Assembly (NCBI GenBank): GCA_034521815.1
Contig: JAXHLW010000013.1
Coordinates: 768,001 to 832,000, forward strand
Direction of reading: 5' to 3'
Length of the DNA: 64,000 bases
Source of the DNA: Trueperaceae bacterium
Lineage (GTDB): Bacteria > Deinococcota > Deinococci > Deinococcales > Trueperaceae
The position numbers were made by a program, and so were the translations under genes. Shown here piece by piece: positions 58,838 through 64,000 of this stretch. The notes under the pieces are model-generated. The model was given only the letters and a program-made list of their open reading frames with translations. It was not told the origin of the DNA and did no database searches. Every line of letters starts with the position of its first letter. The stretch's first letter is position 1.

Positions 58838-59826
58838 TGAATCTCTTCGTCCTCGGCGGCGCCGCGGCTGGCGTTCGCGATGCCCTGGCGCATATCGGTG
58901 TCCGACTCGACGTTGCGGAGCTGGTAGTAGTCCATGACGCCCATGTGTCCCTTGCGGAACGCTTCGGCCATCGCCAGGGGCACCTCGGCCTCGGCCTCGA
59001 CGACCTTGGCGCGCATCTCTTCGACCCGGGCACGGTTCTCCTGCTCGGCGGCGACCGCCATCGCGCGCCGCTCCTCGGCTTTCGCTTGCGCGACACGCTT
59101 GTCGGCCTCGGCCTGATCGGTCTGGAGCTGCGCGCCGATGTTGCGTCCGACGTTCACGTCGGCGATGTCGATCGACAGGATCTCGAACGCGGTGCCCGAG
59201 TCGAGCCCCTTCTGAAGAACGGTCTTGCTGATGCTGTCGGGGTTCTCGAGCACGCGCTTGTGCGAGTCGCTGGAGCCGATGGAGGACACGATGCCCTCGC
59301 CGACGCGCGCGATGATGGTCTCCTCGCCGGCACCGCCCACGAGCCGCTCGAGGTTGGCACGGACCGTGACGCGCGCGGTGCTGATGAGCTCGATGCCGTC
59401 CTTCGCCACGGCGCTGACGTTCGGCGTCTGGATCACGCGTGGGTTGACGGACACCTTGACGGCGTCCAGGACGTCACGGCCAGCGAGATCGATGGCGGCC
59501 GCCCGGTCGAACGGCAGCGCGATGCGGGCCTTGTCGGCGGCGATCAGCGCGTCGACGACGCGGTCCACGTTGCCGCCCGCCAGGAAGTGGGCTTCGAGCT
59601 GATTCTGTTCGACGTCCAACCCTGCCTTCTCGGCCTTGATGAGCGGATTGATGATGCGGGCGGGCGGAACGCGCCGCAGCCGCATGGCCACCAGGCTGAT
59701 CAGGCTGACCCGCACACCTGCCGAGATCGCCGCGATCCACAGCCCCACCGGAATGAACGTGAACAGAATCAGGAAGAACAGGACGACGACGCCAGCGATG
59801 ATCAGGAAGGACAGATCGATACTCAT
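58834..59826 (-). CDS. floA: flotillin-like protein FloA (YqfA)
   Basis: [45 protein letters not shown]. Confidence 0.95.
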   Translation of the reverse strand: MSIDLSFLIIAGVVVLFFLILFTFIPVGLWIAAISAGVRVSLISLVAMRLRRVPPARIINPLIKAEKAGLDVEQNQLEAHFLAGGNVDRVVDALIAADKARIALPFDRAAAIDLAGRDVLDAVKVSVNPRVIQTPNVSAVAKDGIELISTARVTVRANLERLVGGAGEETIIARVGEGIVSSIGSSDSHKRVLENPDSISKTVLQKGLDSGTAFEILSIDIADVNVGRNIGAQLQTDQAEADKRVAQAKAEERRAMAVAAEQENRARVEEMRAKVVEAEAEVPLAMAEAFRKGHMGVMDYYQLRNVESDTDMRQGIANASRGAAEDEEIQ

Positions 59827-59845
59827 GGAACCTCCAGGGGTGGGG

Positions 59846-61285
59846 TCAGCCGTCCTCGGACGGCGACGGGTCGTGCATGATGGTGGACTCGTCCTCGCGG
59901 GGGCGGACGACGACGCGGTTGCCTTCGACGCGCAGCACGTCCAAGCGGCTGCCGGCAGCGACGTAGTCGCCGTCGCTGACGACGTCCACCCGCTCGCTTC
60001 CGAAGCGTGCCACGCCGGCGGGTCTGAGGTCGGACATGGCGATGCCCGTCTTTCCGATCAGCTCGGAGCGATCGCCGACGAGCTTGGCACGCGCAGGGTC
60101 CACCGCGCCTCGAGCCTCGACGCTTCCACCACCGCCAGAACCCGCCCCGATCGATGAAGGTCCGAGACCGCCCCCGATGCGTTCGGAGAGCGTGAGCTGC
60201 TTCCCCAAGCCGGTGTTGGGCAGGAGCCACAGCAGCAGGCCGAGCACCACGCCGCCGCCGATGGCGGTGGTCGCGAGTACCGTGACGGCGTCGTCCTGGA
60301 AGATCCGGATCACGGCCGCCACGATGGCGGCGAGGCCCAGGACGCCCGCCACCCCGAAGCCCGGGATCACGAACGCCTCGACCGCGAGCAGGAGCACGCC
60401 CCCGAGGATCAGGAGCACGTCCACGATGCCGGCAGGGGTCGCGACGAAGGCGCTGGTCGCGAACAGGGCGAGCGCGACCACGCCGATGGCGCCAGGAATC
60501 CCGAAGCCCGGGCTGAAGAACTCGATCACCAGGCCGCCCAGGCCCAGGATGAGCAGGATCCCGGCGATGATCGGACCGGAGAGCCACGTGCCGATCCGCT
60601 CGGTCAGGTTGCGCTCGAGCGTGACGGTAGCGACGCCGCCGTAGCCGAACGTCCGAAGCGCATCGGACAGATCGGCTGCGACGAAATCGGCGATGTTCTG
60701 CTCGACGGCCTCGTCCGCGCTGAGCGTGACCAGCTCGCCCCGGGCCGACAGGCCGGGAATCTCGCGTGCCGGATCGACCATCGCCTCGGCCACCGCCGGA
60801 TCCCGTCCGCGCGCCTCGGCGACGCTGCGGAACTGCCCCCGCACGGCGGAGGTGAACTTCTCGTCGACCGGATTGGCGCCCCCCACGCCGATGGTGATCG
60901 GCAGCGCGGCACCGATCGAGGCGCCGGGAAGCATGGCGAGCTGCTCGGCGGCCATCGCGATCAGCGCGCCGGCGCTGAAGGCGTTCTCGACCACGGCCAG
61001 GACCGGCACGCGCGCATCGTTCATCACCGCGTCCACGATCCGCTGCATCGAGTCCACGCGCCCGCCGGGCGTGTCGATCCGAAGGAGCACCGCCAGCGGC
61101 CGCACCTCGTTGGCACGCTCGATCCGCGAGGCGACGAACTGCGCCGTCGCCGGCGTGATCTCGGTATCGACCGGAAGGATCCATACCGCGTCGGCGTCCT
61201 GCGCGAGCCCCTGGACGAGGGCGACGAGCAGGACGACGATGGCTGCGGATCGGAGCGCCAGGCTCCGCGAGAACGCGTTGGTCAC
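59846..61285 (-). CDS. NfeD-family membrane serine protease (YqeZ)
   Basis: [26 protein letters not shown] repeats, C-terminal OB domain LRPAG. Confidence 0.92.
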   Translation of the reverse strand: MTNAFSRSLALRSAAIVVLLVALVQGLAQDADAVWILPVDTEITPATAQFVASRIERANEVRPLAVLLRIDTPGGRVDSMQRIVDAVMNDARVPVLAVVENAFSAGALIAMAAEQLAMLPGASIGAALPITIGVGGANPVDEKFTSAVRGQFRSVAEARGRDPAVAEAMVDPAREIPGLSARGELVTLSADEAVEQNIADFVAADLSDALRTFGYGGVATVTLERNLTERIGTWLSGPIIAGILLILGLGGLVIEFFSPGFGIPGAIGVVALALFATSAFVATPAGIVDVLLILGGVLLLAVEAFVIPGFGVAGVLGLAAIVAAVIRIFQDDAVTVLATTAIGGGVVLGLLLWLLPNTGLGKQLTLSERIGGGLGPSSIGAGSGGGGSVEARGAVDPARAKLVGDRSELIGKTGIAMSDLRPAGVARFGSERVDVVSDGDYVAAGSRLDVLRVEGNRVVVRPREDESTIMHDPSPSEDG

Positions 61286-61487
61286 GCGCCGATGCTAGCA
61301 CGGAGCGCCAGGGTCGCTAGGAGTCGGCGGCACGGTTACGAGGCACGGTTGCGAGGAGGGGCTCGGTCGGCCGCTCGCGAGACGTCGGAGCGTGAGCGGT
61401 GTGACGCCTCCGCTCCGCCCCGCCTCCGGCGTGGCTAGGCTGAGCGCCCGCCTTGGTCGCACCCGTGCCGCGGTCGCACGCGTACGT

Positions 61488-61520
61488 AAGGACAATTGCG
61501 AAGGACATTGCGAAGGACAA
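61488..61520 (+). repeat. tandem AAGGACA(A)TTGCG x3 ending in the SD of the YihY gene
   Basis: units at 61488, 61501, 61513. Confidence 0.75.
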
Positions 61521-61524
61521 ACGG

Positions 61525-62388
61525 ATGATGCAGCTCGTGAAACAGACGTTCGGCGAGTGGCAGAGCGACAACGTCGGCGTGCTCGCGTCATCGCTCGCGT
61601 ACTACGCGATCTTTTCGCTGGCCCCGATGCTGATCATCGTCATCGCCGTGCTGACCTTCTTCGGCAGGGGCGACGCGCAAGTAGCGATCCTGGAGCAGGT
61701 TCGGGGCGTGGCGGGTCAGGACGCGGCGCAGCTGGTTCGTACCATGATCGAAAACCGCCGAGCCACCGGCGGCAACGTCCTGGCGACCGTCGTCGGCCTG
61801 GGACTCGTGCTGGTCGGTGCGACCGGTGTCGTGTCGCAGCTCCAGAACGCCCTCAACGTCATATGGAACGTGAAGCTGGATCCGGACCGGTCCGGCCTGC
61901 GCCACATGCTCCGGGTGCGGGCGGTGTCGCTGCTGCTGATCCTCGGCGTGGGCCTGCTGCTGTTCGCGGCGCTGGTCGGCATCGCCATCCTGCGCTCCGT
62001 GACGGCGGTGGCGCGAGAACAGGTGCCCCGGATCGGCCTTCTGTGGACGGTGCTCGACCCGTTGATCGTGATCATCGTGTCCGGTCTCGTGTTCGCCTTG
62101 GTGTTCAAGTTCCTGCCCGACGTGCGCATCCCGTGGCGGACGGTCGCGGTCGGTGGCTTGGTCACGTCCGTCCTGTTCGTGATCGGGAACTGGCTGTTGA
62201 GCCTGTACCTGTCACGGGGCGCCGTGGCTGGCGCGTACGGGGCGGCGGGCACCCTGGTCGTGATCCTGCTGTGGGTGTTCGTATCGTCGCAGATCGTGTT
62301 GATCGGCGCGGAGTTCACCAAGGTCTTCGCGCGACGCAACGGCGACAGGGTCGTTCCGGACGCGCACGCAGTTCCTCGTCATCCCTGA
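61525..62388 (+). CDS. YihY/BrkB family membrane protein
   Basis: ASSLAYYAIFSLAP, LQNALN.IW, YGAAGTL...LLW..IGAE. Confidence 0.92.
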   Translation: MMQLVKQTFGEWQSDNVGVLASSLAYYAIFSLAPMLIIVIAVLTFFGRGDAQVAILEQVRGVAGQDAAQLVRTMIENRRATGGNVLATVVGLGLVLVGATGVVSQLQNALNVIWNVKLDPDRSGLRHMLRVRAVSLLLILGVGLLLFAALVGIAILRSVTAVAREQVPRIGLLWTVLDPLIVIIVSGLVFALVFKFLPDVRIPWRTVAVGGLVTSVLFVIGNWLLSLYLSRGAVAGAYGAAGTLVVILLWVFVSSQIVLIGAEFTKVFARRNGDRVVPDAHAVPRHP

Positions 62389-62450
62389 GACGCGGCTGGC
62401 CCCGGCGGGACGGGCGCAAGCGCTATGGACACACGTGCATGGGAAGCGGC

Positions 62451-62485
62451 ACGCGAACGGCCCCGTCGAGGGGCCGGATTCGCGT
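62451..62485. terminator. hairpin between the convergent YihY gene and tRNA
   Basis: ACGCGAA-CGGCCCC-gtcga-GGGGCCG-ga-TTCGCGT. Confidence 0.55.
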
Positions 62486-62493
62486 ATCCATCG

Positions 62494-62569
<76 letters not shown>

Positions 62570-62582
62570 AAGGGCGGAGCGG

Positions 62583-62612
62583 ATCATACCAGACCGCCGC
62601 CGGACGTGCCAA
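62583..62612 (-). promoter_or_regulatory. tRNA promoter
   Basis: TTGGCA-18-TATGAT with an extended TG. Confidence 0.65.
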
Positions 62613-62696
62613 GGCGCGGGGTGCGTCGTCCGCCAGCGAGTCCGACCGAACAGGTCTGGTATCGTCGACGTCGACGCTACGGCGGAAGGAGACACC

Positions 62697-63125
62697 ATGG
62701 ACGCGACGCAGACGAACCGTGCAGATCGCACCGGCGCAGATCCGACGAACGAGGTCCAGATGACCGTCACCGACTCGGCAGCGGCCAAGGCGGTCGCGCT
62801 TCTGAAGGAGAAGGACGACCAGGCAGCGATCCGGGTGTTCGTGAAATCCGGTGGCTGCAGCGGCTACATGTACGGCATGGCCGTCGACGACCGGCGCCTC
62901 GAAGGCGACCGCGAGTTCGAGCACAAGGGCGTCCGGCTGGTCGTGGACAAGATGAGCTGGCCGCTCCTTGCCGGCAGCGAGGTCGACTACGTCGAGAACA
63001 TGATGGGTGGCGGGTTCTCGGTGCACAACCCGAACGCCAGCAGCAGCTGCGGCTGCGGGAGCAGCTTCCGGACCGACGGAAGCGACGCGCCCGACAGCGA
63101 GGGAAGCGTCGGCTGCTCGACCTGA
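62697..63125 (+). CDS. A-type Fe-S carrier (HesB/IscA/ErpA family)
   Basis: GGCSG..Y, VDY, NPNA..CGCGSSF. Confidence 0.94.
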   Translation: MDATQTNRADRTGADPTNEVQMTVTDSAAAKAVALLKEKDDQAAIRVFVKSGGCSGYMYGMAVDDRRLEGDREFEHKGVRLVVDKMSWPLLAGSEVDYVENMMGGGFSVHNPNASSSCGCGSSFRTDGSDAPDSEGSVGCST

Positions 63126-63174
63126 GCGCCGTCGGCGCGGCGGTAGGGAAGGGCCGAGAGCTGCACGACCGAAC

Positions 63175-63210
63175 GAGCGCGCCCGGATGCGACGGCATCC
63201 GGGCGCGCTC
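63175..63210. terminator. 16-bp perfect hairpin between the convergent IscA-like gene and gcvPB
   Basis: GAGCGCGCCCGGATGC-gacg-GCATCCGGGCGCGCTC. Confidence 0.65.
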
Positions 63211-63291
63211 TTCGTAGGTCGGAACGTCAGGAGGGGAGGGCCGACGCATCGGTCGGTCGCCGCGCGACGCGTCCGGTCGGGTCGACGCCGC

Positions 63292-64000
63292 TCAGTCGGC
63301 GGCGTCGCTCGCGGGCTCGTCTCGCGGCGTCCAGCGCAGGATCGGGTGACGGGCCGCCGTCAGCTCGTCCAGGCGGCGCACCGGCGTGGTGCGGGGCGCC
63401 TCGGCCAGCCAGGCAGGGTCGTCCTGCGCCCTCCGCAGAATCGCGCCGAGGGTCTCGGCGTAGGCGTCGAGCGACTCGAGCGACTCGGTCTCGGTCGGCT
63501 CGACCATCATCGCCTCCTTGACGTTCAGCGGGAAGTACACCGTCATCGGGTGCATCCCTTCGTCCAGGAGCGCCTTCGCGATGTCGAGCGTGCGGATGCC
63601 CGCGGGCGGCTGCGCGACGAACTCGTGCATGCAGGTGCGGTCGTACGCGCTCGCGAAGCCTTGCTGCGCCAAGCGTACGCGCAGGTAGTTCGCGTTGAGC
63701 ACCGCCATCTCGGCGACGTCCGCGAGGCCCGCCGCACCCAGCGAGCGCAGGTAGGCGTACGCCCGCACCAGGTTGCCCACGTTGCCGAAGTAGCTCCGCA
63801 TCCTGCCGATCGACTCGGGACGGTCGTCGTCGATGGTGAAGCGATCTCCGTCGCGACCGATCACCGGGCGCGGCAGGTACGGCGCGAGGTGCGCCTTCAC
63901 GCCGACCGGGCCGGTCCCCGGCCCCCCGCCGCCGTGGGGCGTGGTGAACGTCTTGTGCAGGTTGAGATGCACGACGTCGAACCCCATGTCGCCCGGCCGG
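63292..64000 (-). CDS. gcvPB: glycine dehydrogenase subunit 2, 3' part (truncated by the window edge)
   Basis: [34 protein letters not shown]. Confidence 0.95.
   Translation of the reverse strand, partial: RPGDMGFDVVHLNLHKTFTTPHGGGGPGTGPVGVKAHLAPYLPRPVIGRDGDRFTIDDDRPESIGRMRSYFGNVGNLVRAYAYLRSLGAAGLADVAEMAVLNANYLRVRLAQQGFASAYDRTCMHEFVAQPPAGIRTLDIAKALLDEGMHPMTVYFPLNVKEAMMVEPTETESLESLDAYAETLGAILRRAQDDPAWLAEAPRTTPVRRLDELTAARHPILRWTPRDEPASDAAD

Overview
This is a high-GC (roughly 70%+ by eye), gene-dense chromosomal window, most likely from a Deinococcota bacterium (Trueperaceae-like). The call rests on DUF3248/DUF3809/DUF1999-type proteins, an RqkA-like kinase with its small upstream partner, and many leaderless -10 promoters. 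It holds about 58 mostly housekeeping CDSs: htrA, mnmE, hemL, truA, moaC, asp23-fakA, pyrF, secA, rsmD, lon, dinB, a beta-CASP RNase, rsmB, spoVS, ilvBNC-leuA-cimA, gltB, murA, hisCBH-rapZ-yvcK, nfeD-floA-phoH-pgpH-ybeY-dgkA-cdd, an IscA/ErpA-type carrier and part of gcvPB, plus one tRNA-Trp. I found no mobile element, prophage or CRISPR array. Four single-base insertions break genes (the PAP2 gene, secA twice, a GNAT-like gene) and are probably assembly errors. The most interesting signals are regulatory and are missing from the ORF track. (1) The branched-chain amino acid operon appears to have two tiers of control: a leaderless leader peptide with a terminator before ilvB, and an internal peptide coupled to the ilvC stop whose Leu-Leu-Leu codons are the perfect 10-nt antisense of the leuA Shine-Dalgarno sequence. 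(2) spoVS and phoH probably start at ATC. (3) gltB has no adjacent gltD and carries a ferredoxin-loop-like insertion. (4) An RHH gene plus the RqkA-like kinase share overlapping -35 boxes and a palindrome with murA. Family assignments come from motif recognition; no database searches were run.
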